A stretch of DNA of 64,000 nucleotides from Balamuthia mandrillaris (GCA_031835245.2 JAVKOQ020000056.1:62001-126000); one strand, 5' to 3'. Shown: positions 37,260 through 50,915, counted from the stretch's first letter. Numbers and translations: made by a program. Notes: a model not told the origin generated them from the sequence alone.

Positions 37260-39852
37260 ATGCAGCAGTGCACCACAAACTACATTCCCGTCATCTGTGG
37301 AGGACACTCCCGACCGGTTCCTTTCATCGACTTTGTGGACTCTCCGGATGGGCTGTTCCTCGCTAGCGCTTGCCTTGGTTCGCTTCTCCTCTTTTTTTAT
37401 TCTCTTTCTTGCTCGCTTCTTATCTTTGTTTTTTTTTTTTGGGGGTTGGGGATCCACAGATGGCAAAGCTATGCTTCGCTTCGGAGCTACTGGAGACTGG
37501 GTTGGCACTCTCATTGGTCACAAGGTGCCCTTTCCTGCCTTCATTTTTCTTTGCTTCTTTGTTCTTTGTTCTTCTTGTTCTTGTTCTTGTTCTTGTTCTT
37601 GTTCTTGTTCTTGTTCTTGTTCTTGTTCTTGTTCTTGTTCTTGTTCTTGTTCTTTTCTTCTTCTTCTTCTTCTTCTTCTTCTTGTTCTTCTTGTTCTTCT
37701 TCTTTCTTCTTCTTCTTCTTCTTCTTCTTCTTCTTTCCTTCTCCTTCTGTTCTTGTTTTGGCTTTCTTTGTTCTTGTTCTTCTTCTTCTTGCTTTCTTCA
37801 CTCCTTCTTTTCTTCTTTTCTTCTTTTCTTCTTTTCTTCTCTCCGGTTCAGGTACTTACTGTTTGTTATGTTTTTTGGTTTTGGTTAACTGAAGGGTGCC
37901 GTATGGTCTGCTCGTTTGAACTCGGAAGCAACGCTCATCGCGACAAGTTCTGCCGATTACACTGCGTTCGTTTCTCTTGCCTTTTTTTTAAAGGAGAGAT
38001 AGAGAGAGAGAGAGAGAGAGAGCAGAAGCCAACAACAGAAGAGAACGAGAAATGTAGAACAGTGGAAAGAGGACAAAAGCGAAGAGAGCAGAAAAACCGC
38101 GAGAACGGGAAGAGATAGCGAAAAAGGCGAGCATATAGAAAAAGAGATGAAATGACTGAGAGTTTTTAAGGAAAGAAAGCAAACTCATATTATCTCATTG
38201 TTATCAAAACCAATAGGAAAGTGTGGAGTGCTATTACCGGAGATGAGCTGCTCAGTTTTGAACATGGCAAGATTGTTAAAACTGCTTCTTTCTCTCCTGT
38301 ACGTTCTCTTCTTCTTCTTCTTCTTCTTCTTTCTTCTTCTTCTTCTTCTTCTTCTTCTTCTTCTTCTTCTTCTTCTCTCTCTCCCTCTCCCTATCTCTCA
38401 TTCTCTCTCTTTCTCTCCAATGACTTATTATCAACTGACAACAAACCCAAAAATAAAAGGATGGTCGTTTATTGCTTACAGGAGGTCAGGAGAAGACGTT
38501 GCGTATATTCAACTTGGAGAAGGCCTACTCCGATGAGGTAAGGTTTTTCCAAGGCCACACTCAATCCATTCGAACATGCTTGTGGACTTCTCCTTTCACG
38601 TTTGTCAGTGGAGGCGACGATTCTGTTATGGTAATCTTTGCTTTTTGTTTTTCTTTTGTTATTTTTGTTGCACCAAAACTAATAGTAACATACAGCGTTG
38701 TTGGGACTTGCGAACTGGAGCCGAAGTGCTGCAATGGAGCACTGGTGGAAGCCATCCTATATCCAGCATTGAGCTATCTCATGATAGCAACTATCTCACT
38801 GTTGCTGCTGGTAAAAGTATTTACTTCCTTGGAGCGAATGGGTACATCTCTCTCTCTCTCTCTCTCTCTTCCTTCTCCTGCTTTAGTTCTCGTTTTATTT
38901 GCAATGTTTTGACAACTTAATAACCGTTCTTCCCAGCTTTGAAGTACTGAAAGCTTTCAATACCAATTTTGTTGCTAATTCTGCTTCTCTTCGGCCCGAT
39001 GCCAAGGTAAACCCTGTTATGATTATTTGTTTGCAAAGCTGTCGTTACTGATTCGTTTCTAGACGTTTGTAGCTGGTGGAGCTGACTTTTGGGCTCATCT
39101 CTTTGACTTTGAAACAGGAGAAGAGTTAGGTGCGCATCATTTCTCCTTTAATTTTCGTTTACGACACCTGGTCCACTCCTAACAACTTAAATTTTGCTCT
39201 GTTCTCATTCTCTCCTCTAACAGATACGTTTAAGGGTCATCATGGACCGGTTCATTGTGTCAGATTCTCTCCTTCCGGACAATTCTTTGCTTCCAGGTTT
39301 CTCTCTTTTTTTCTCTCTATCTCTCCTTTCCTTCTCTCCTTCTCTACTTTCCTTCTCTCTCTCATCTCCTTGACACTTCATTTTTTTCTTTTGATATTTA
39401 CTGGCTTTTTCAACAATAACGCTTTTAGTTCGGAGGATGGTACCATTCGGTTGTGGATGGAAGAGAAAGTGGTGAGTGGATTGGAGGAAAGTCAGGAGCA
39501 AGAGCGGGCGGCACAGAAGAAGGAACAAAATGACCAACAGCAATCATCGTCTTCTTCCTCTTCTCAATCTCAAACACGTGGCAAGAAGAACCACCGCAAT
39601 CGTAGCAATACTTACCAACCTTCTACTTCTTCCTCTTCGCCGTCCTCTTCGTCACCATCACAACAACGAAAACAACAATCAGAAACGTCATCTCCTCCTT
39701 CCTCTTCTTCGTCAACCACTTCACAGGAGGCACCGCCACCTTCACAACAACCAGAACCACCACAACCAAAGAAAGAGGAGGTTATTGGCGACGCACAGAC
39801 AACAGCCACAACAACACAAGGGGATGCCTCTGAAACGGGGCAAGCCTCGTGA
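37260..39852 (+). CDS. STRAP: Serine-threonine kinase receptor-associated protein (WD40; UNRIP)
   Basis: CGGHSRPV...[32 protein letters not shown]...SADYTAKVW...KGHHGPVHCVRFSP...SEDGTIRLW matches STRAP, followed by a Ser/Gln-rich tail. Confidence 0.92.
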
Positions 39853-40131
39853 ATGCACCGTCACTGCCGCTGCCGCTGCCAATGTCACTGCCACTGCCCT
39901 CTGTGCCATTCTCGACCGCTATTGCCTCCAAATGTGTACCTGGTGGACTTTTTTTTTGTGCACCACCACCCTTTGGAACCTCGAATAATTTTGGATTATT
40001 TATAGACCCAATCCCTGTGCCTTGTTTCTCCTCTCTCCCTCTCGCTCCCTCTCTATGCTACTCTTGTCGCTCCTCTTTTTTTCTCTTTTCTGCCTACTCT
40101 TCTCGCTGCTTCCTTCTCGCTTCTCGTCTCT

Positions 40132-40402
40132 TCTCTGCTCTCTGCTCTCTGCTCTCTGCTCTCTGCTCTCTGCTCTCTGCTCTCTGCTCTCTGCTCTCTG
40201 CTCTCTGCTCTCTGCTCTCTGCTCTCTGCTCTCTGCTCTCTGCTCTCTGCTCTCTGCTCTCTGCTCTCTGCTCTCTGCTCTCTGCTCTCTGCTCTCCCCT
40301 CTCCCCTCTCTGCTCTCTGCTCTCTGCTCTCTGCTCTCTGCTCTCTGCTCTCTCCTCTCTGCTCTCTGCTCTCTGCTCTCTCCTCTCCCTCTCTCCTCTC
40401 TG
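40132..40402. repeat. (CTCTCTG)n 7-bp tandem repeat
   Basis: Directly visible heptamer array that degenerates at the right end. Confidence 0.95.
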
Positions 40403-41256
40403 CTCTCCTGTCTCGTCTCCTCTCATTCGGTAACCATGGTTACATATGAAATCCAAATCGTTTCCATAGCAACATGATCATCAAACAAATTAAAACAGAA
40501 AGAAAGGAAATTTGGCACCAAACAAACAAACACCAGACAAGAATGACAGAGCTCCCGGCAAAAAAAAAAAACCTCCCCTTTGGCCAACCCCAAAAGACCA
40601 CCTAATGAAGGGGACCGTTTAAATACGAGGAGAGAGGAAGCTTCCCGCCATTGGTGGTTTGACCTCCTGAGCTAAAATACCCGTCTCTTTCTTCTCTTCT
40701 TTTTTTTTCCGGATGTGTTGTTGTCTGTGCAACAACAACAACAGCAACAATTCCTTTTGTTTTTTTGTTCGTTGTTTCATTTTAAAATTTATTTATGCAT
40801 AGAGTTTTGTCCTCCATTATTTTTTTTTCTAAATACAAAAAACTATTTTGCAGTTTTGTTCTTTTTGTTTTGGTGGTGGACGACACAAAGAGAGAGACAA
40901 ATTTGACCGGAACAACTTTTTGTATTTTTCTTTTTGATCCGTTTGGTCATACCAAACAGAACGAAAGAGAAGAGAAGAGAAGAGAAGCAAGTTTGGTTTG
41001 GTGGCGGAAAACTTTGTTTTTTTCGACCTAAAGTTTTGTTTCCACTTTGTGGAGTTTTTTTTTTTGATTTGTATTTTATTTTTAAGAGTTTTTTGTTTTT
41101 TTTTTTAAGTTTTGTTTTTTAAAAAGTTTTTTTTGTTTTGTTTTTTTAACAGTTTTGTTTTTAAAGTTTTTGTTTTTTTTGTTTTTTTGTTTTTTAAAAA
41201 CATTTTTCATTTATTTATTCTCTTTTATATTTTTATATTTTTTATTTTTTAAAGAA

Positions 41257-41953
41257 ATGGTTGAAGAAATGGAACTCTCGTTTCGCTGTGGGCCAGAACA
41301 ACAACACCAACCAGAACCACGAGAGAAAGAAGAAGCGGAAGAAGACTACTTTCAACTCACCGAACAAGAAGAAGAACACGAGGATGAGGAACAGACAGAG
41401 TCCATTCTGTTGAACCTTCCGCCGGAGATCATGATGGATATTTTTACGTGCCTGGACGTGAGGGCCATTCTGTCCTTCTCCTCCGTTTCACGGTGCTGGA
41501 GAACGATCATCGACGACGAGCTGCTATGGAAGGTAAAGGGATAACAAAAACGAAGAAGCAAAGCACCTCATTTCATGTGTTACAAACGCTTACTCTGTTT
41601 CCTCAACAACAAAAAGACTGCAGCAAGGAGGGACATGGGTGCTCTCGTTACAAAGCAGGACTCGGAGACATGGTACCAGGCATACCGTCGCCACGCTAGG
41701 TTAACTCTTCGTGTTATTTCTTTTTTATGTTGTTAAGCAATATCGTTCATCTTACTTGTTCTTCTTGTCCCCCTGCTTGTTCTTGTTCTTGTTCTGCTTC
41801 TTCTTCTTGTTCTTCTTCTTCGTTCTTCTTCTTCTCATTCATCTCCTTTTGTCCTGCTTCTTCTTGTTTGTTCTTGTTCATTCTTATTCTCTTTATTTTA
41901 CATCGCTCCAATACTTCGTTTCATCTGCTTCTATGCTTGTGAGTTCATGTTTT

Positions 41954-42000
<47 letters not shown>

Positions 42001-42986
42001 AAAAGTTGGGCATGGAGCGAAACAGCAAAGCATAACAAGATTGTGTTGAGCAACCAAAACAAAACGGCAAGCCACGTTGGCTCCGGCTCGTACCACTCCG
42101 TTAGGACCAACCACGGAATCCTTCGTGGCGTTCATTACTTTGAGCTCCGCATTGAAGCCCCCTCTCAGAGCATTGCTCACTCCATCGGCATTGCTAACAA
42201 TAGCTATATTCGGAGTTGGGTCGCAGATAACAAAGTATGAGCATTCATTCATTTTTGTCTTCTCTTCTCTTCATCGTTCTCTTCTCTGTTAGTTTGTTCT
42301 TGTCTGATCTCTGTGTTCTCTGTTAGGGCATTGGATGGTATAGAGATGGAAATGGTTACTCTCCTCTTCTCCCTCCCTCTCTCTTCTCTCTCTTCTCTCG
42401 TTCTCTTCATCGTTCTCTTCTTCTTTGTATCCTCTCCTCTCTTCACCTCTCGTATCTTCTCTTGTCGATTGAAGCCAACTCATAACCAAACACTGCAGTA
42501 TACATAAGAGGCATTCGCTGTCCCGTCAAGTTTCCGTCCTGGAACGGGGGGGACGTGCTGGGCATTATGGCAGACCTCGATCAGCACACGCTCCACTTCT
42601 ACAAGAACGGAGAGAAGTTTCCGCATCGCATCACCATCGAGCGCGCCGAAGGAGAAGCCCTTCACGTGGCCGCTCTCCTCGGCGGCTCCGAGAGCGTTAG
42701 CTTGGGTTACCACGGCCACTCCTCTCCAAGCCAACCAACAAACATCATGGTGCCACGTCCTTCTTATCATCATCATCACCGAGAGGAGGAGGAGGAGACT
42801 CCACTGGATGACGCAACTTTGGCGATGCTTGTGTCGATGGGATTTGAGCCCGCGGATGTGGTGCCTGTGCTTCGTAGATGCAGGAATGATGCGCAGCGAG
42901 CTGTGGAGGAGTTGCTTGCGAATGCTGCCGCTGCAACTGCTGTCGCTGCAGTCCCCTATCATCGTGTGTTTATCACCGAAGAATAA
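41257..42986 (+). CDS. F-box / SPRY / UBA protein
   Basis: F-box LLNLPPEIMMDIFTCLD...VSRCW. SPRY GVHYFELRI...GDVLGIMADLDQHTLHFYKNG. UBA LVSMGFEP...NDAQRAVEELL. Confidence 0.85.
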
Positions 42987-43114
42987 GTTTTGTGACGTGC
43001 AATAAAGAGATTGCAAAAGAGGAGAAAGAAGAGAACGAGAGCACACAGCAAGAGAACGCAGCAGAAGAAGAAAAGGAGGAGAGGAAGAACGAGGGAAAAT
43101 ATGGTCTGAAAGAA

Positions 43115-44514
43115 CTATGTGGCAATAGTGGAGGCGTGATGGTGATACAAGAAAAAGTAATAGATGAAGCACCCGTTGAAGAAGAAGGTGTCAAAGCGGT
43201 CGCAGACGCCGCCATGTCCTGGAAAGAACACACCCGAGTCCTTCACACAGCCCAACCGCTTGAACAAACTCTCCAAGGCGTCTCCAATGACGCCGCAGAT
43301 AGCCGTCAACACCGCCATCACCACGTATTGCTGATGGCTCAATGGCGGCAAGAAAGCAGCAAAGGCCGGGTAGGAGACCTGTAGCTGCTTCACTCCCATA
43401 CTGATCATCACTGCAAAGAACACCTCCGCCAAGATACCTTCCCATGATTTGTTTGGGCTTAAAGAAGCAGAACAACAACAATAACAAGAAAAGAACGAGA
43501 ATAAGTTACATGAGAGTACAGAAGAAGAACAAGAAGAAGAAGAAGCAGAACAAGAACACGAAGAAGAAGAACAAGAAGAAGAACAAGAAGAAGCAGAAGA
43601 AGAAGAACAAGAACAAGAACAAGAACAAGAACAAAACAAGAAGAAGAACAAGAACAAGAACAAGAACAAGAACAGAACAAGAACAAGAACAAGAACAAGA
43701 ACAACAACAAGAACAAGAACAAGAACAAGAACAAGAAGAAGAACAACAACAACAACAAGAAGAAAAATGGTGTAGCCTACCTAACGTTCTTCATGGCCTT
43801 GTGGCGGCCAAACCTGCTTCCAATGTAATAAGCAGCTGAATCCCCGATCCAAGAAATGGTCAACAGCACGGCGATCACCCCTCCCGCAAACTGCGGCGTG
43901 TTGTGGTACAGCAAGGCCGCATGCGACAGCGTCCACGAGATCCACACAAAGCCAAACACGTAGCAGCACAGCACGTTCAGCGTGTTGGACGGCAAGGGCT
44001 GCACCCCGTCGTAGACGACCTTGATGAGGTAGGCCCCCACCAGGATCAAAAAGCTCAGCGCTGCGCCCGCGATGCACCCCTTCTCGTGGCCCAGGTGGCA
44101 CAAGGCCAGCTGCAACACGCCCAACACCTGCAGGCTTCTGTCCAGAATGTTGAAGCGGTAGCGGGGCTTGGTGGCTGCTTCCTCCCTGTTGCGACGGGGC
44201 GGGATCACAATGGCCACGAACTCACCCAACCCCTTCCATATCATGACGCCCAGGAAGATGAGGAACACGGAGGGGGCCAAAACGGTAGCGCCCAGCACAA
44301 AAGGCCCGTAGAAGGCGGCCGTCAGGAGGCGTTGCCGGTGGTTGCGGGAGCGGTCGCCCTCCTCGGCGAAGGTCGGGTGGTTGTCCTGAAAAAAAGCGCG
44401 GCACAAAACGTAGAGCAGGCCCAGCCAGAAGAGCAGAGGCACCGGCCATTGCAGCTGCTCCCCCAGCCACCACCGCCCCAACTCCAACCACTCCGCCGCA
44501 GTGCCCGACTCCAT
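43115..44514 (-). CDS. CDS: Phosphatidate cytidylyltransferase (CDP-diacylglycerol synthase, CTP_transf_1)
   Basis: Polytopic membrane protein with DSAAYYIGSRFG, SPNKSWEG and GDALESLFKR..VKDSG.FFPGHGGVCDRFD; one intron. Confidence 0.93.
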
Positions 44515-44563
44515 TCGTGTCTAGCTCTTTCTGTGTGGTTTTTTAATGCTTCCCCTATTTCAT

Positions 44564-44619
44564 TCACGTCGTCCCGAAATCATTTCACGTCGTCCTGGCA
44601 AATGATTGTTCACGTCGTC
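44564..44619 (-). promoter_or_regulatory. Three copies of GACGACGTGA upstream of the CDP-DAG synthase ATG
   Basis: TCACGTCGTC at 44564, 44585 and 44610 on the + strand. Confidence 0.5.
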
Positions 44620-44656
44620 TCGGTGTTTCTCGGGTCGTCTTGAGATGAAAATGCGA

Positions 44657-44696
<40 letters not shown>

Positions 44697-44813
44697 ATGA
44701 AAGAATGAAAGAAACGACAAGAAAGAAAAGATAACCAAGAAAAGAAAAAGAGAGAAAAGCCAACCTTTGTTACAAAGCCTTTAAAAAATTAAATTTTTTG
44801 AAAAAAGAATCGC

Positions 44814-45071
44814 TCATTCACTCTGCAGCTGCTTCTGAACACCGGCACCGATCCCATCAAAGACCTCCCTGCAAGCGCACAAAAACGCGAACACGCTCTT
44901 ATCATCCGGCGCCAGGTGGTCCTTGCAGAGGTCGTCCGCCTCCAGTATGCGCGGGATTTGTAGGGACTCTTCAGCCACCCCCAACACCATCTCCAACCGT
45001 TGGAGGCCCATTGTCTGTGTATTTTTTTAAACCACACAATGTAAATAAGAAGGCACCACAGGAGGAAGAGA

Positions 45072-45114
<43 letters not shown>

Positions 45115-48100
45115 AGGAGAAACATGAAAGCAACGTACAGAGGTGTGCTGAAAGTCTATCAAGTCCGGCCGGAAATGATGAAACAGAGCACAAAAACCAA
45201 GCCCATCTCTCCAACTTTTTTTTTAAAGTTTTGTAAAAACAAAAATAACATCAGTCATTGAAAGGATGATAGCAAGAAAGAGAAAAGAAACATTACCTCG
45301 AGTCCAAGTTTTCGATGCTAACATTGGCATAACCTTTGGTGGCCGCTTTGGCCCAGGCCAACAGGACCGTTCGCGCCTCCTCCTCCGTGTGCCTCTTCGG
45401 ATCGAACTCTGGCCAAATGCTGTTGTAGATAATGGGCCATATCATGCGCAACAAAACGGGCACGTTGCCGTCGAGCACGTCCTCTGAGCCAAAGTCGCTG
45501 ACGGGCAGTCCGACCTCTCGGATGAAGGCCAGCGCTGTCGTCACGTTTTCCAGTTTTTCCTGGATTGTCATCTGCGATGGAGGATGGAGAGAATGGAGGG
45601 AGGAAGAAAAAAAGAAAGGCGTTAAAGAAGAAGAGGAAAAGAGAAAAGAGAAAGGCGAAAAAGAGCAATTTACGTCTGGTTTATCGTGGTAAGTGCCCAG
45701 ATTGGCTCCAGTCATGATCTCCAGCAAGTTGATGAGCAGAACGCCATCGCTGAAATCTTTCTCCAAGTCTTGTATGAAGTAGTCCCGCTTGGCCATGTGA
45801 AAGTCGATCCATTGAGTAAACGCAGATATTTGCATGAGTTCTTTGTGCTTTCTTTGTTGCGGTGTGGTTGCAGAAGGAGAGAGAGGAGGAGAGGAAGAAG
45901 AAGGGCTAGTGGCGCCGTTGTTGGTCTTTTGGTCTTTGTTTGACGGGATAGTAGTGACGGAAGGGGCCTCCTTGATCCTCACTTTCTTCAACGTGCCGCC
46001 ACTCTGCGTAGGAGCTAAGATCTGTACACCAAAGAATAAGAAACGAAGCGAAACAGAGAGATATACAGAAAAAAAAGGCAGTGCATAATATTTAAGGACG
46101 CACCAATAGAGACTTAGAGGGCTTAAAGGAAGTGCTCGCGGCTTGGCTTGCTTGCACGCTCTTATCTTGTTCAAAGGACAAGTTGGCGGGGAGAGCTGGT
46201 TGTTCTCCCTTCTTGGAGAATAGGAAGAAGGTACCACTTCCCTCCGGCCAAGAGATCATCACGTCCAGTGTCAATTCTCTAGAATCAAGCTCTACACTTT
46301 CTGTATTACTATCTAGTTAGAAGTGCGAACGAGAGAGAGAGAGAGAGAGAGAGAAGAGTGCTGAACAGAGAAGAACAAACCTCCATCCAAATGCATTTCG
46401 TAGAGGGCGTAATTGTTGGGGTTGTCCAGCTTTTTCTTTCGTGCAATTTGTTCGATCATTGCCTGCAAAGTTTGGCCGGGCATTGCCACAAAGCTTTTGA
46501 ACGTGTTATCTGTGAAGAAGATACGAACAACTTCTTGTTTCGGAGAAACGACGTCTTCTCGATGTTTAAACTCTACTCTGTCCAGCCGGTCAGTGAAGTT
46601 TTCGCTGAGAGCAAGAATGAGTTCCTTTTCATCCAAAATGCGCTGCTTGTAGCCACGCATGTGGAAGAGAGCGTGGTCGCTAAGGTCATGCTCTTTGAAC
46701 TTGGCCTGAATCTGGTGGCAGATGTCCTTAGCTGTGGAAAGAGAAGAACAGCGGAAGCTACGGAAAGTGCCATCTTTGAAAAATATCCGAATGACAGCCT
46801 GTATGAAAAAGCACAAGAACGAGCCGTAAGGAGAAGAAATGAAGATAGAGGACAGAGAGAGGAGGAAGAGAGAGAGAGAGAGAGAGCGAGAGAGGACGAA
46901 CATCTCTTTCGGGTTTTGGATCCTCAAAGCAAGCTGTTGAGATAGCGCGGTGCACCACAGTGGCTTGTTGTTTTGCCTCCGCGGCAACTCCCATCGTAGA
47001 AACCGGTCGAGCAATAGGTGCGCCACTTGAGGCAGAGGTTCCTTTGTCGACGTTTTGTTGAGTTCCAAACGTGGACATTGGGCGCTTGACTGGAACGGGA
47101 GGTGGCGCTTTCTTTACAAATGGTAGTGCTGGTTGTGTCTTCTGGGTCGGTGGTGGCAGCTCTGTAGCAGTTTGTGGTTGTGGTTGTTCTTGCTGTGGTT
47201 GTGATTGTTGTGGTTGCTGTTGACGCTGCAGTTGAGGTCTTCCAGGTCGAGTAGGAGGCATTGGCCGGTCTGGACGTATGGGCCTATAGCTACTAGAAGG
47301 AGGTAGGTTTGAGGCATCTCCTTGTTGCTGGGGAGCGGTACCTCTTCCGCCTCCTATACCACTACCAACACCACCTCCTCTACCGGAACTGCGCACAGGG
47401 CTTACTGATCGTGTTGGCGAAGTTAGGGTAGGAGAAGCCTCCGCAGGTGCGGTGGCCAGTTTCTCGAACATCGCGAGTTTTTTGCTCAAGGAAGGGGAAG
47501 CAGGCGCTGGTGTTGGTGTTGTGGCTGCAGGTGTCGAAGCACCAGAAGTAGAAGGTGTATAGGCTGACGTACGTATGGGCACAGGAGGTACAGGCTTAGG
47601 GGTAGGAGAAGCTGCTGCAGAAGGCGAATAGCCCGATGCACGTACAGCCGAAGGTGGTGGCGGGCCACCAGGAGAAACAGCTGATGGAGGAGAGTAGGCT
47701 GATGTGCGTACTGGTGCAGGCGCAGCACCAGAAGAAGAAGTAGGCGACGATGGTGTGTAGGCTGATGCACGCACGGGCACAGGCGGCCGGTTTTGAGGGG
47801 AGGTTGCATAGCCAGAAGTACGTTGGGTGATAACAGTACTCATGTTGGCGGGATCAGCAATGCCGCTACCACTGCCAGCCGCCGAAGCTACAGGGGAAGA
47901 CATGGGATAGACACTGCCTCGGAGGGTAGCAACATCAGGCTTTTTAGCTCGGTTGACAGGAGGAGGCCTTTTGTTGGCATTGCCAACACTGTTGTCGTTG
48001 CTATTGTAGGCGCTGCCTGGTCGTGATGATGGAGGAGTAGGTGAAGGTGAAGGTGAGGGCGAAGGTGCAGGTGATATTCTACTACTAGTAGCCTTCCCCA

Positions 48101-50072
48101 CCAATGGTGGTGAGAGTTCTTTGGCAGTAGGAGCAGCAGCGGGAGTTTCCTTTTGTTCACTTGGAGGTGTCTTTGGTGATGAAAGTTCTTCCGACAGCGC
48201 GTTTTTCTCAGATGGGGTGGCAGCTTCCTTTTCCTTTGTTGTTGGTTTATCGCCATGTTTGGATACTCTTTTGAGCTTCTTAGTTCGCACGGAGCCATCC
48301 GAACCGATCACTTTCACCACTTTGATCACTTTCTTTGGAGACGCGTCCCCAGCATCATTTTCTTTCGGAGCTTCCGCAGTGTGTTCGTCCTTTTCAGACT
48401 TTATGTCCGTCTCTTCTTGTTCCTCTTTCCTAGTGTCCTCATCCCCTTCGTCATTTTGAGTCTTTTCCTGCTCTTCGCTTTGTGGTCCCGGTTCTGCGTT
48501 AAGTTGTTCATCTTCTTGTTCCTTGTCTTCTTCTTCCTCATTCTGTTTGGTAACCAGTGCGTCACTTTCTTTTTCTATTTCTTTTTCTTCCTCCTCCTCT
48601 GCGTCATCTATATTCTCCCTCGTTTGTTCTCTGCTTCCTTCTTCCTCCTCCTCCTCCTCCTCGCTAACTTCTTCATCGGAAACTTCCTCGTCTTCAGAAT
48701 CATCTTCTTCCGATTCGTCCGAATCGTCGTCGGAGTCATCGTCTTTGTGTAGACGCTTGAAAACAAGCTTAAGGTTGCTATTGATAGACATTCTCCAAAG
48801 GACCTCCTCGAGGCCTTCTTCTGGGCTTAACGCGCGCACCTCTGGAAAAAAAAAAGGGATTTAAGACAAACGAAAGTATGAAAAGGAGAAAGGAGAACAG
48901 GATGGTGATAATAAAAGACCTGTTCCAAACTTATACTCAAAAACGGCAAAGTCAGAGACTTCGTTGGTGGCAATGCCAGTCTCACGAGCAATCGCATCAA
49001 TGAGAGCACTTGCGGGGCAAGGCGTTTGAAGGGAAACGGTGACGGCAGTGTCGTCTTCCATATGCACGCGCACTTTGACCTAAATTAAAAAAAGTGGCGA
49101 TACAGTTATAAAGCTGGTTTGAAACGGTTGAGGAGAAAAGAAAAAGAAAAAAATGAGGGCAAGGCATACATGACTCGTGGTATTTCTTCTTCCCAACGAC
49201 ACCGAAGGTCCTCTCTCCTTACGCAGCTGTTGCTTATCGGAGGTCTTAGGGGTGTGTGTTTTGTTTGTTTGTTTGTTTTTTGGTTATGAGGATACAACAA
49301 CAATAATAATAAAAATAGTACCTTCCAGCCTTCCTCGCTTGCTTCTCCATTTAACTCCTGATCGTCCTCCGCGGCAAGCGCTTCTTCCTCCTCCGCTTCA
49401 ATCTCACCCTCAGGCAAAACCACCAGCAGTTCCTGCTCGTCATTGTCCAGATTAGGCTTGTCCTTGATGCGTATGCTCATCGTACGCGCGAGACGGGTGG
49501 TTGTCTGTTCCTCTTCAACTGCTTCCGTTTTTGTCTTGTCACGGTTGGCGGCTGCGACATTGCGAGCCGCAGGAGGTCTTCGTGGAGGGGCTGCCTTACC
49601 GGCTTGTTGCCCAGGGAAAGGAGCTCGTGAGGAGGCCACCGGCAAGTCAGAGAACTTGGAGGGCTCTGCGCCGCGAGCAGGAGCCAGTCCCTGCACGGCA
49701 GCGTAGGAAGGGATATACATGGATGGTGGCTTGCCTTCAGAAGATTCTTTCTGCAAGGCCGACTTTTCAATGAGGGTGTTGGCGTCGTTGGCCTGCTTGA
49801 TGGCTTCGTCATCCCCGGCCAATGTTGCCGCCACTCGAGGATCCACCGCTCGCTGTTTACCCCAAGCGAACGGTTGTGAGTCTTTAGTGTCTCCAATACG
49901 GACCAGCCGAGCAACAATTCAGGTATACTCTCTGTACAGCTTTTTAAAGAGAAAAAAAAAATATAGACATTACCTTCTTCCGTGTAGGAGGACGGCGGCC
50001 AGTTGCTCCCAATGCTCTCTCTTGTGTTTGCTGCAAGTAATGCAAAGCTCTCAAATATTAGCTAACACTGTC

Positions 50073-50113
<41 letters not shown>

Positions 50114-50517
50114 GGAAAACATACACAAACATGAGACGAGCCATCCTCCACAGTTCTTCCTCCTTCCCTCTTTCCTCCAACTCTTCTTCTTCTCCACCTT
50201 TCTCTCCTTCTTCCCACAACACAAACGAAAAAAAAAAGAAGCGGTAGAAAGCAGAAAGGGGAGCAGGTAGTAGGTACATGGATTAGTTTAGGTCCCTCGG
50301 GAGGCTTGGCCGCCGCCAACAGCACGTCATTCTCGGCGGCGGTAACGTGCACCACCTTCTTGTGGGTGCTCCGCCGTTTGGATTTTTTCTTGACCTCCGT
50401 GGAGCGGACCTTTTTCTTCCTCACCGCGGCCGCCGTTCTCCGCTTGGAGGTCTGCTCGGCAGCCAGCCGCACAGGGGCTCCTCCGTACGTGGACATTATG
50501 TTCTTGAACCTCTTCAT
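44814..50517 (-). CDS. Large protein with three RA/ubiquitin-like repeats, Pro-rich region and C-terminal tandem calponin-homology actin-binding domain
   Basis: RA/FERM-N-like segments [22 protein letters not shown] and [15 protein letters not shown]1 [10 protein letters not shown]...[19 protein letters not shown]2 LLAWAK...[11 protein letters not shown]...PDDKSV. Confidence 0.8.
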
Positions 50518-50915
50518 TGTTTTTTCTCTCTCTTGTCTCTCTCTCCGCTCTCTCCTTCTCTCGGCCTTTCCGCGTAGCTGTTCTCTTTGTTTTGTTGTTT
50601 TTTTTTTTTTTTTAAGAGGAGAGCAAAAGAGAGGGAAATAAAAAAAAAAAGGAAGGGAGCAAGGAGAGAATTTAAAAAAAAAAATGCTAGCCCCGGTCCT
50701 TGTTGGGGGTTTTTTTTTTCTCTCTCAATAATCCCCTGTGCCCTCCTCCTCTCCCTTTACTTTCTCTCTCTCTTTTTTTTGCCTTGGTTATTTTTTGCGG
50801 TTTGCGTTATGGCGCCGCGCTTGGGTATGGTGGGCGTTGGAGTAGTTTGGCGGCGGCCACATAATTCATTTCTTTCTCGCGCGTGTCCTTATTTGCGCAG
50901 TCCAAAAAAAATTTT

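Noticed and set aside
39849..40477. ORFs with LLSALCS / EQRAESR repeats; CRISPR-like periodicity
   Set aside because: A simple 7-bp tandem repeat without unique spacers, in a eukaryotic context.
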